Origin: a virus
Taxonomy: Duplodnaviria; Caudoviricetes
Direction: 5' to 3' (one strand)
IMG/VR virus record: IMGVR_UViG_3300032334_001433
Coordinates: 1-64,000 of that record
DNA length: 64,000 nt
Shown here: positions 28,290-36,663 of the stretch, in pieces
Numbering within the stretch: position 1 is the stretch's first letter
Layout of the letters: each line of letters begins with the position of its first letter
Program-made: the position numbers and the translations under genes
Notes under the pieces: generated by a model
Told to the model about the DNA's origin: nothing
Seen by the model: the letters and a program-made list of their open reading frames with translations, nothing else
The model's database searches: none

Positions 28290-29876
28290 ATGTTTTCTCT
28301 AACTGGCGGCCAAATCACAGGAAGTTTTGAACTTTCGTATAGACCTCCATTTGTATTTCCATCTTTGCCGGCTCTTTTTGGAAATACAATTCCGCAAGGC
28401 CAGGTTGCATGGAATGGAGTTTCTGGAATATATAACGGCGGGACAAATACAACTTATTGGAATGTTCCTGCAAAAGTATCCAACATCTCCATTGTAGCAA
28501 TTGGGGCAGGGGGCGGCGGTGGTAGCCCTGCAGGTCCTTGGGCAGCTGGCGGCGGCGGACTTGCATATGGAAGTATTCAAGTAGTTCCTGGTAGTAATAT
28601 TACAATAGTTTATGGAAACGGTGGAGGAAATTATCTCAGCGGCGGAACATTTAATCATGGCCCTGGCGGTGCATCTTCTGTAAGTTATTTAGGTAGTACT
28701 ATAGTTATTGGATATGGTGGCGGAGATATTAGCTCTTCAAGCGGGACATCTGCTGGAGGATCATATTCGACTACAGGAGTTGATTCCTCACAACCATATG
28801 GTGGAGGATCCGGCGGTGCAGGATATGGAGGAATTACAGGAAACGGAACAGGGGGCGGCGGCGGCGCCGGCGGATATAGCGGAACAGGCGGCGCAGGCGG
28901 CGCAAATGCTACAGGTTCTGCAGGATCTGGTGGCGGCGGTGGCGGAGGATATCAAAGTTCTGGCGGCGGAGTCGGATATCTTGGTGCAGGCTCAAGCGGC
29001 GGCGCTCAAAGTTCTGCAGGGTCCGGAGGAAATGGTGGTTCGGGCGGAGGGCAAGGAGGATTATCTCCTTCTTATGTGGGCGGATCTTTTGGTGGAGGTG
29101 GTGGCGGTTCTTATATGTATTTGAATCCATATTCTAGTTATCCTCAATATGGTGGCCCGGGTGCAGTGAGAATAGTTTGGGGACAAAATAGACGATATCC
29201 AGATACTGCAAATGTTGCTGATGTAACCGCAATTACTTGGCCAAATTCTCCAAGAGATTTAGCAAACATAGTTGCATGGTATGACGAACAATCATTTGAT
29301 GACCGTCGTCAGGTTTGGTATGATAGATTGGGCAACACATCTATTTCAGCAACCACAGTCAATTGTTCACTAGTATCACTTTCTGGTGGTAATGGTGCAA
29401 ATACAAATCTTGTATCGGCAATAAGTGGCTCTACATCAAGTAGTATTACATGGCCTACGGGACTTGTATCAAACACGTATACTATATTCCATGTAACAAG
29501 ATATTCGGGTTCAAACAAACAAAGAATTTATTCAACAACTGGCGGTCAAGATTGGGCGTCGGGGCATATTAATGGCGCAGCAGGTCAATTTAAACATGGC
29601 AGTTTATTAACTGGTTCGGATGGAGTTACTGATTATTATGGCACAAATTGGTTTCTTACTACAGATCAATTGAATTTGGGAAGAACAAATGGAGTCACTC
29701 GAGGAACAGGATCAGGTATTACAACATATCCAGCCACTTTAGCAATTAATAAATATAGCACAGAGAAGAGTGATTTCCAAACAGTATGTTTAATTATTTG
29801 TTCTGGAGAAACAGTTCTTGGAGATTACCTAGCTCTTGAGACCTGGTTAAGAAATTACTACGGAATAACATCATAA
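28290..29876 (+). CDS. polyglycine domain plus C-terminal lectin/LamG-like domain
   Basis: WNVPAKVSNISIVAIGAGGGGG...GAVRIVWG then IVAWYD...YTIFHVTRY...LETWLRNYYG. Confidence 0.75.
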   Translation: MFSLTGGQITGSFELSYRPPFVFPSLPALFGNTIPQGQVAWNGVSGIYNGGTNTTYWNVPAKVSNISIVAIGAGGGGGSPAGPWAAGGGGLAYGSIQVVPGSNITIVYGNGGGNYLSGGTFNHGPGGASSVSYLGSTIVIGYGGGDISSSSGTSAGGSYSTTGVDSSQPYGGGSGGAGYGGITGNGTGGGGGAGGYSGTGGAGGANATGSAGSGGGGGGGYQSSGGGVGYLGAGSSGGAQSSAGSGGNGGSGGGQGGLSPSYVGGSFGGGGGGSYMYLNPYSSYPQYGGPGAVRIVWGQNRRYPDTANVADVTAITWPNSPRDLANIVAWYDEQSFDDRRQVWYDRLGNTSISATTVNCSLVSLSGGNGANTNLVSAISGSTSSSITWPTGLVSNTYTIFHVTRYSGSNKQRIYSTTGGQDWASGHINGAAGQFKHGSLLTGSDGVTDYYGTNWFLTTDQLNLGRTNGVTRGTGSGITTYPATLAINKYSTEKSDFQTVCLIICSGETVLGDYLALETWLRNYYGITS

Positions 29877-29884
29877 TTACTATA

Positions 29885-30274
29885 ATGAGATTTGAATTGA
29901 CTGAAGAAAATTTTATGATGTATGCCATGAAGCATTATGATAATCCATATTGCAAAGGCATGGACGAATTCTTAGATGATATAAAGCGTTTTAAATATAT
30001 TAAACGTCTATTGGGAAAGTATCTTAATAATAAAGAACTTAAAGAACGATTAATTATAAATCACATAATTATTTTAAATAATTTATTTGGAGTAGAAGCA
30101 GCAACAAAGATGTTGTTCTTCAAGATAGATAAAAAATACTGGTCACAACTGAAAACATTTCTGGTATTTTTAAATTATATGCCAGAAAAAGTAGTCATAA
30201 CCGAGGAGTCTCCCATATTTGAATCGGAGATCACATTGGATCAAAAAATAATAGAAATTTTAAGAAAAGTATAA
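29885..30274 (+). CDS. conserved T4-like hypothetical protein
   Basis: LTEENF..YA.KHYDNP...EF.DD.KRFKYIKRL...LKERLI.NH.I.L.N.FG motif typical of aquatic T4-like phages (recalled, not searched). Confidence 0.7.
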   Translation: MRFELTEENFMMYAMKHYDNPYCKGMDEFLDDIKRFKYIKRLLGKYLNNKELKERLIINHIIILNNLFGVEAATKMLFFKIDKKYWSQLKTFLVFLNYMPEKVVITEESPIFESEITLDQKIIEILRKV

Positions 30275-30275
30275 A

Positions 30276-30824
30276 ATGGGTAAATTTGTAGATTCAGTAA
30301 TAACCTATAGAATCCTTCGTCTTTTGACAACACCATTTGAAAAAACGGATGCTTATAAATTGGGCATTATAGATAAAAATGGTAATGAACTTAAAAAGAT
30401 GAGTGACCTGAATACGGTTGAAGAAAGAGATGCATATACTCTTTTGCACCGATTGGTATTCAGATTGAAAAAGATTATTAATAAAGTTCCAGTTGCGAAC
30501 AAAACTTTGACATCATATGCAGCTGCGTATGCATTAGTAAAAGAAAGTCTAGATAGCAATCATGAACCGATTGACTTAGAATTTCAGTATATAAATAAAG
30601 TAAGCGCCGAATTAAATTCGGAGCTGGCGATAGTTGAAGAGTTTTTAAATGGAAATAAGATGTTTACATTTAAACAGTTTTCAGAAGATGGCGAAGGTGG
30701 AGTCGCGGCAAATAATGCTGCAGCAACACCGGGGATTGCAGGATTGCCTCCAGACCAACCCCCTATTAGCAAAAAACGTCAGAAAAAATGGGTTGATAAA
30801 AATAGTATATTTAGGAGAAAATAA
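30276..30824 (+). CDS. conserved T4-like protein upstream of primase (61.1-like position)
   Basis: YR.LRLLTTPFEKTDAYKLGIID.NG...AYTLLHRLVF.LKK motif; synteny with primase. Confidence 0.65.
   Translation: MGKFVDSVITYRILRLLTTPFEKTDAYKLGIIDKNGNELKKMSDLNTVEERDAYTLLHRLVFRLKKIINKVPVANKTLTSYAAAYALVKESLDSNHEPIDLEFQYINKVSAELNSELAIVEEFLNGNKMFTFKQFSEDGEGGVAANNAAATPGIAGLPPDQPPISKKRQKKWVDKNSIFRRK
30590..30597 (+). promoter_or_regulatory. possible internal late promoter
   Basis: Exact TATAAATA 62 nt upstream of in-frame ATG 30660. Confidence 0.45.
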
Positions 30825-31231
30825 TGGAAATTTTATTTGTATTAGTATTAGGCGTACTTGCAGTTGGCGCATATGTTTTCTTTAAATCAGGGAAAAACGA
30901 TGTTGACACTCAATCGCAGACGTTGAAGACTTTAAACACACCAGTTGCTGCCCCTGTCACAACCGGCACAATTTCGCTTGCGCCAGTTGATACCCCTGCA
31001 AAAATTACAATTACAAAAGCAGAAGAAGCACCAAAGGAAGCACTTGTAAGTGTTATTTCTCAGGTTGCAGAAGCTAAACAAGAAACAGTAGTTGCTGAGC
31101 CTGCACCAGTTGTAGAGCCAGCACCTGCGCCAGTTGTAGAATCTGCGCCGGTTGTAGAAGAAACCAAACCTGCAGCAAAGAAAACGACAGCGGCAAAAAC
31201 AACTGCACCAAAACCAAAAAAGAAGAAGTAA
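30824..31231 (+). CDS. membrane-anchored Pro/Ala/Lys-rich protein
   Basis: N-terminal hydrophobic helix, (E/A)PAPVV repeats, K-rich tail. Confidence 0.7.
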   Translation: MEILFVLVLGVLAVGAYVFFKSGKNDVDTQSQTLKTLNTPVAAPVTTGTISLAPVDTPAKITITKAEEAPKEALVSVISQVAEAKQETVVAEPAPVVEPAPAPVVESAPVVEETKPAAKKTTAAKTTAPKPKKKK

Positions 31232-31237
31232 TGCAAA

Positions 31238-31480
31238 ATGGAAATGATAGATACGCAATCGAGGCTTGCTGTCATGGAACATGAAGTTAAAAATATATGT
31301 GAAGAACTAAAAGAACTTCGTTCCGAACAAAAAGAACAACATCAATTGATGATGGCCAAATTATCCAAAATGGATGAAAGAATTGGCATAATCGAAAAAT
31401 GGAGATGGATGCTTATTGGCGGCGCTTTGGTTACAGGATATTTCCTGGCCCATGTACAATTAGGCAAATTCTTCGGTTGA
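31238..31480 (+). CDS. coiled-coil protein with C-terminal TM helix (holin-like, uncertain)
   Basis: Heptad N-terminus, WRWMLIGGALVTGYFLA. Confidence 0.6.
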   Translation: MEMIDTQSRLAVMEHEVKNICEELKELRSEQKEQHQLMMAKLSKMDERIGIIEKWRWMLIGGALVTGYFLAHVQLGKFFG

Positions 31481-31505
31481 TTTTTTATCATTTCTATATT
31501 ATAAT
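31477..31505 (+). promoter_or_regulatory. sigma70-type promoter for primase
   Basis: TTGATT-17nt-TATAAT. Confidence 0.65.
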
Positions 31506-31528
31506 TAAGGCTCTTAATGGAGCCTTAA
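31505..31528 (+). promoter_or_regulatory. hairpin sequestering primase Shine-Dalgarno
   Basis: TTAAGGCTC-ttaatg-GAGCCTTAA perfect 9-bp stem; GGAG 31519-31522 lies 7 nt before TTG 31530. Confidence 0.65.
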
Positions 31529-31529
31529 C

Positions 31530-32546
31530 TTGTCTTTATTCCTCGATTTAAAATATTTAAAATTAATCAGCAATAGATTGCCATTGTTCAAACAAAAGAA
31601 CAATCATGTCTATAACTGTAGGTGCATCCTGTGTGGAGATTCTTCCTCAAAGAAAACCAAAACACGTGGATATTTCTATGCCATAAAAAACGACTTATTT
31701 TATAAGTGTCACAACTGTGATGCGTCAATGCACTTTGGTTCATTCCTAAAGCAACTTGATGCAATGCAGTATAATCAGTATACTCTTGAACGATATAATG
31801 AAGGCTTGCCATTATCTAAACCCCATCAAAAGATTGAGGATAAGTTTAAAATGGCACAACCTGTTTTTGAACAAAAAAATATTCTAGATGAACTATTGGA
31901 TCGTCTAGATAAATTACCAGAAGATAATGAGGCAGTTCAATTTTGTTTGAAAAGAAAGATTCCAAAAGAAACTTTTGACCGTTTATATTTTATTGACGAT
32001 ATCCGAAAAATTGAACAACTGTCTGATAAGTATAAAAACACGTTAAAAACATCTGAACCCAGATTGGTCATTCCTTTCTATGACCAGGATGGTTTATTAG
32101 TAGGAGTAACTTGTAGAGCATTGAGAAATGAATCTTTGAGGTATGTTACTATTAAAATTAATGATGAAAAGCCTTTTATCTTTGGGCTTGACTTCGTCGA
32201 TAAAAAGAAAAAGGTTTATGTAGTTGAAGGTCCTATTGATAGTTTGTTTATTCCAAATTGTATTGCAGTTGCAGGTACTGCATTTGGTAAGTTGGATAGC
32301 TTAGGTATTCCAAAAGAGAATCTAGTTGTCATTTTTGATAATCAGCCAAGGAATAAAGAAGTTTGTAAGATCATTGACAAAGCTATCAATAGCAATTATA
32401 ATACTGTTATATGGCCTCAGACTTTGGAAGAAAAAGATATTAATGATATCGTATTAACGGGCAAGGATCCGTTTAAATTGATTACAAAGAACATATATAA
32501 TGGTCTAGAAGCAAAAATGAAATTCGTATCATGGAAAAGGTGTTAA
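31530..32546 (+). CDS. gp61: T4-like DNA primase
   Basis: CRCILCGDS...CHNC zinc finger, RLVIPF, TOPRIM VVEGPIDS, KDIND; TTG start. Confidence 0.95.
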   Translation: MSLFLDLKYLKLISNRLPLFKQKNNHVYNCRCILCGDSSSKKTKTRGYFYAIKNDLFYKCHNCDASMHFGSFLKQLDAMQYNQYTLERYNEGLPLSKPHQKIEDKFKMAQPVFEQKNILDELLDRLDKLPEDNEAVQFCLKRKIPKETFDRLYFIDDIRKIEQLSDKYKNTLKTSEPRLVIPFYDQDGLLVGVTCRALRNESLRYVTIKINDEKPFIFGLDFVDKKKKVYVVEGPIDSLFIPNCIAVAGTAFGKLDSLGIPKENLVVIFDNQPRNKEVCKIIDKAINSNYNTVIWPQTLEEKDINDIVLTGKDPFKLITKNIYNGLEAKMKFVSWKRC

Positions 32547-33218
32547 ATGAAAGTTAAATTAATCTCAAATTCGAAACCATCTAGAGATATGGTGGCTGAA
32601 GGAATTTATGAAATTGAAGATTTGGTATCGTTTTGTGCAAGGGTATCAAATCCATCCAATCAATATAATTTAGAAACTGCGGACAAATTAATTAAATATC
32701 TAATTAAGCACCAGCATTGGTCTCCGCTTGAAATGGTTAGTGTATGTTTAGAGATTACTACAACACGAGATATTGCTAGACAGATTTTACGTCATCGTAG
32801 TTTCTCATTCCAAGAATTTAGTCAGCGTTATGCAGACCCAACTAAAGAATTGGATTTTGAGGTAAGAGAAGCAAGAATGCAGGATCCAAAGAATCGTCAA
32901 AATTCTATTGAGACTGAAGATACAGAATTAAATAAAATGTGGCAAGCTAAACAAAGAGATCTTATTGCAGAAGCAAGACGAACTTATATTTGGGCAGTTA
33001 CTAATGGTATTGCTAAAGAACAAGCCAGAGCAATATTGCCCGAAGGTTTAACAGTTAGCCGACTTTATATGAATGGAACCTTGAGGTCTTGGATACATTA
33101 TATAATCCTACGTGCTAGCAATGGCACACAAAAAGAACATGCTGAAATTGCACTAGCATGCGCTCAAGTAATTGCAGATATTTTTCCGTTGACTAAGGAA
33201 CTTGTAAATGAACAGTAA
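32547..33218 (+). CDS. thyX: flavin-dependent thymidylate synthase
   Basis: HWSPLE, QILRHRSFSFQEFSQRY, R..TQKEH. Confidence 0.95.
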   Translation: MKVKLISNSKPSRDMVAEGIYEIEDLVSFCARVSNPSNQYNLETADKLIKYLIKHQHWSPLEMVSVCLEITTTRDIARQILRHRSFSFQEFSQRYADPTKELDFEVREARMQDPKNRQNSIETEDTELNKMWQAKQRDLIAEARRTYIWAVTNGIAKEQARAILPEGLTVSRLYMNGTLRSWIHYIILRASNGTQKEHAEIALACAQVIADIFPLTKELVNEQ

Positions 33219-33585
33219 TGATGACGTTAAAACATTTATGCTTGCAGGCGAGCAAAAAGTTTATATTAATCCAGCAATTACAGATGATAGAACCAATCAA
33301 GCAGAATTATATTTAAAATTAGTGACAGAAGAATACAATGAATTAATTGAAGCATTTCGCAATAATGATCTTATTGAAATTGCAGATGCTTGTGCAGATT
33401 TAAAATGGGTAATCGAAGGACTTGAACATTCTTTAGGCATTCCGCAACAATCAGTTTGGGATGAGGTGTCTAGATCAAATATGTCTAAGATGGTTGATGG
33501 AAAATTAATAAAAAGAGCAGACGGCAAGGTGTTAAAGCCCGACACGTTTGTACAACCAAACATAAAAAAAGCATTGGGGATTTAA
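33208..33585 (+). CDS. MazG/PRA-PH-like NTP pyrophosphohydrolase
   Basis: EEYNEL...EIADACADL, EV.RSNMSK, RADGKVLKP. Confidence 0.85.
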   Translation: MNSNDDVKTFMLAGEQKVYINPAITDDRTNQAELYLKLVTEEYNELIEAFRNNDLIEIADACADLKWVIEGLEHSLGIPQQSVWDEVSRSNMSKMVDGKLIKRADGKVLKPDTFVQPNIKKALGI

Positions 33586-34302
33586 ATGTGGTTACTGAAT
33601 TTCGTACCTGATATCATATTTCACGCTATATTGATAGCTGGGATAATGGTATTTCTTGTTTCTTTTCTTTTAAGATTTATTCCATTCTTTAGAACATACG
33701 GTGCACTTATTCAATTTGGTTCAGTAATATTAATTGCATTTGGCGTATGGTTTGAAGGTGCAATGAGTAATCAAGCAGAATGGGAAGCTAAAGTAGTAGA
33801 AATGGAAGTCAAGGTTGCTGAAGCTCAAGCAAAATCTGAAAAGACAAATACTGAAATTGTTACACAAGTTGTAGAGAAAACAAAAGTTATCCACGAAAAA
33901 GGTAAGAACATTATTAATTACGTAGATAGAGAAGTCGTTAAAGATAAAGAAGTAATTAAGTTTGTAGAGAATTGTCCAATCCCTAGCGTAATTGTAAAAG
34001 CACACAACGCAGGTGCATTGAATCAACCTATTGAAATTGTTAAAGCGCCCGAACCTGCTGCATCTGCAGTACCAGCACCAAAAATAGAATCTAAAACTCA
34101 AGACCCAGTAAAAACTGTTGCAACTGTAACAACTTGGGCAAATATTAGACCAACCAAAGATAGTTCAAGCGAAAAAATTGAAAAGCTAGCACCATACACT
34201 AAGATAGAAATTATTCGTTTGGAAGGCAACTATGCTTTTGTTAAATCAAATAAAGAAGGTTGGATAGGTAAAGAATTTATCTCCATAGAGAAAAAAGGAT
34301 AA
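33586..34302 (+). CDS. i-spanin (Rz-like) with C-terminal SH3b domain
   Basis: Two N-terminal TM segments, coiled coil, Pro/Ala linker, ANIR...KIEII..EGNYAFVK...EGWI; precedes lipoprotein gene. Confidence 0.7.
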   Translation: MWLLNFVPDIIFHAILIAGIMVFLVSFLLRFIPFFRTYGALIQFGSVILIAFGVWFEGAMSNQAEWEAKVVEMEVKVAEAQAKSEKTNTEIVTQVVEKTKVIHEKGKNIINYVDREVVKDKEVIKFVENCPIPSVIVKAHNAGALNQPIEIVKAPEPAASAVPAPKIESKTQDPVKTVATVTTWANIRPTKDSSSEKIEKLAPYTKIEIIRLEGNYAFVKSNKEGWIGKEFISIEKKG

Positions 34303-34305
34303 GTA

Positions 34306-34572
34306 ATGAAATATCTAATAATTTGTTTGGCAATGTTTCTTGTTGGATGTGCTACAACTGTTCCAGTAGTTGCAAAATTTCCTACAGCACCCGAAGTATT
34401 AACAGAAAAATGCGCAGCACTAAAAACAATTGAGGGCGAGAATATTAGTATAATTGAATATACTAAAACAGTAATAGCGAACTATACATTGCATTATGAA
34501 TGTGTGGCGAAAAATGATGCTTGGATTGAATGGTATAACAAGCAAAAATCTATCTTTGAAGAAGTAAAATAA
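34306..34572 (+). CDS. o-spanin (Rz1-like) lipoprotein
   Basis: Signal peptide with lipobox LVGC, Pro-rich start of mature chain, two further Cys. Confidence 0.8.
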   Translation: MKYLIICLAMFLVGCATTVPVVAKFPTAPEVLTEKCAALKTIEGENISIIEYTKTVIANYTLHYECVAKNDAWIEWYNKQKSIFEEVK

Positions 34573-34592
34573 CAACTGGAGTAAGAAAAAAT

Positions 34593-36413
34593 ATGTCGCA
34601 AGAAATTGTACATGGTATTAATGTAGATTATACAAGAGATAATCTATTTGATGAACTAGGAATTAAAAGATTAAAAGAAAGTTACATGAAAGATGACGAA
34701 AAATCTCCACAGGAAAGATTCGCATTTGTATCGTCGTCGTTTGGTTCGAACAATGCACACGCTCAAAGATTATATGATTACTCTTCTAAGCATTGGTTGT
34801 CTTATTCCACTCCCATTCTTTCTTTTGGTCGTAGTAAGCGTGGGCTCCCTATTTCGTGTTTTCTACCATATCTTGATGATTCCGCAGAGGGTTTGGTTAA
34901 TACATTATCGGAAGTAAATTGGCTCAGTATGTTGGGCGGAGGAGTTGGTCTTGGTATTGGAATTCGTTCTTCTGATGATAAATCTGTTGGTGTCATGCCT
35001 CATCTTCGCACATATGACGCATCCAGCCTCGCGTATAGGCAAGGAAGGACTCGCCGCGGTAGTTATGCTGCATACCTTGACATTTCTCATCCTGACATTT
35101 TAATGTTCTTGGATATGAGAAAGCCAACAGGTGATCCAAATATGCGAGCATTGAATCTACATCATGGAATTAATATCACTGATGATTTTATGCACATTAT
35201 TGAAAAGTGCATGATGGATCCTACTGCTAATGATGATTGGCAATTAAAAGATCCTCACGATGGCGCTGTTCGTGAAATTGTATCCGCAAAAGAATTATGG
35301 CAACGTATTCTTGAGATGCGTATGCAGACAGGCGAACCATACCTACATTTTATTGATACCAGCAATCGCATGATGCCAGAGTTTCAAAAGAAACTTGGAT
35401 TGAGTATTAAACAAAGTAACCTATGTTCTGAAATTATTTTACCAACAGATAAAGAACGAACCGCAGTATGTTGTCTATCATCTTTAAACTTAGAATACTA
35501 TGATGATTGGAAAAATGAACCGCAATTCCTTAAGGATGTTGCTGAAATGCTTGATAATGTTCTGCAGTATTTTATTGATAACGCACCATCTGCAATAGCT
35601 AGAGCAACTTATTCTGCTACCCGTGAACGTTCTATTGGTATTGGTGCATTGGGTTGGCACGCATATCTGCAAAAAAATAATTTGCCATGGGAATCTGCAA
35701 TGGCAGTAGGCGCTAATCATAAAATCTTTAAGCATATTCGTGAAGGTTTAGATGATGCAAACATTGCAATAGGAAAAGAAAGAGGCGAGGCACCTGATGC
35801 TGCTGGTACAGGTAAAAGATTTAGCCATATGATGGCAATTGCACCCAATGCATCATCTTCTATTATTATGGGCAATACTTCTCCATCTATTGAACCTTTA
35901 AGAGCAAATGCCTATAGACAAGATACATTATCAGGTTCTTCTTTAAATAAGAATAAATGGCTTGATAAAGTTATCATGGCATACTTGTCGCCAAATGATA
36001 CTCCATTGACGCCAAAAGGTGAGCAAGAATATGCAGACATTTGGTCTTCTATTATTGCGAATGATGGCAGTGTTCAACATCTAACATGGATGGATGATTG
36101 GACTAAAGATGTATTTAAGACATCTATGGAAATTGACCAACGATGGGTTGTGCAGCATGCGTCAGATCGTCAACAATATATTGACCAAGCACAATCGGTT
36201 AATCTATTCTTCAGACCAGATAGCAATGTGATGTATATTCATGCTGTTCACTTCCAAGCATGGAAACAAGGATTGAAAACACTTTACTATTGCCGCTCTG
36301 AAAAGATTGGTAAAGCAGATAAAGTGTCTAAGAGAATTGAAAGAAAAGTGATGGAAGAATTAGATATGAAAACTTTAGCTTCTGAAGAAGTTTGTTTAGC
36401 TTGTGAGGGATAA
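34593..36413 (+). CDS. nrdA: class Ia ribonucleotide reductase alpha subunit
   Basis: ISCF, GGGVG, SNLCSEI, AIAPNASSS, DQAQSVN, KTLYY, C-terminal CLAC. Confidence 0.97.
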   Translation: MSQEIVHGINVDYTRDNLFDELGIKRLKESYMKDDEKSPQERFAFVSSSFGSNNAHAQRLYDYSSKHWLSYSTPILSFGRSKRGLPISCFLPYLDDSAEGLVNTLSEVNWLSMLGGGVGLGIGIRSSDDKSVGVMPHLRTYDASSLAYRQGRTRRGSYAAYLDISHPDILMFLDMRKPTGDPNMRALNLHHGINITDDFMHIIEKCMMDPTANDDWQLKDPHDGAVREIVSAKELWQRILEMRMQTGEPYLHFIDTSNRMMPEFQKKLGLSIKQSNLCSEIILPTDKERTAVCCLSSLNLEYYDDWKNEPQFLKDVAEMLDNVLQYFIDNAPSAIARATYSATRERSIGIGALGWHAYLQKNNLPWESAMAVGANHKIFKHIREGLDDANIAIGKERGEAPDAAGTGKRFSHMMAIAPNASSSIIMGNTSPSIEPLRANAYRQDTLSGSSLNKNKWLDKVIMAYLSPNDTPLTPKGEQEYADIWSSIIANDGSVQHLTWMDDWTKDVFKTSMEIDQRWVVQHASDRQQYIDQAQSVNLFFRPDSNVMYIHAVHFQAWKQGLKTLYYCRSEKIGKADKVSKRIERKVMEELDMKTLASEEVCLACEG

Positions 36414-36414
36414 T

Positions 36415-36663
36415 ATGAAGATTTATAGATTTACCGCATCATGGTGCCAGCCATGTAAAGCAATGGCAAAGATATTAGAAGGTGCAAACACAGGTAATAT
36501 TCCAATTGAAGTAGTTGATATTGATGTATTTCCTGATGTGGCTGCAGAATATAGAATACGTAGTGTACCTACATTAGTAATGGTAAATGAAGATGGACAA
36601 GCATTGAAAACAATCGTTGGTGTAAAATCTGAAACAATTTTAAAGGAGTGGTTAAATGATTAA
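36415..36663 (+). CDS. thioredoxin
   Basis: F.ASWCQPC, IRSVPTL; ATG 36415 just after nrdA stop. Confidence 0.9.
   Translation: MKIYRFTASWCQPCKAMAKILEGANTGNIPIEVVDIDVFPDVAAEYRIRSVPTLVMVNEDGQALKTIVGVKSETILKEWLND

Noticed and set aside
458-29130. Many overlapping Pro-rich minus-strand and Ala/Val-rich alternate-frame ORFs in the track
   Set aside because: They are shadows of GGN glycine codons (CCN on the reverse strand); no SD, promoter or protein-like complexity
33887-33895. Single near-DnaA box TTATCCACG (and similar one-off matches)
   Set aside because: Isolated, inside CDS, expected by chance; only the tandem non-coding pair at 52693 was kept
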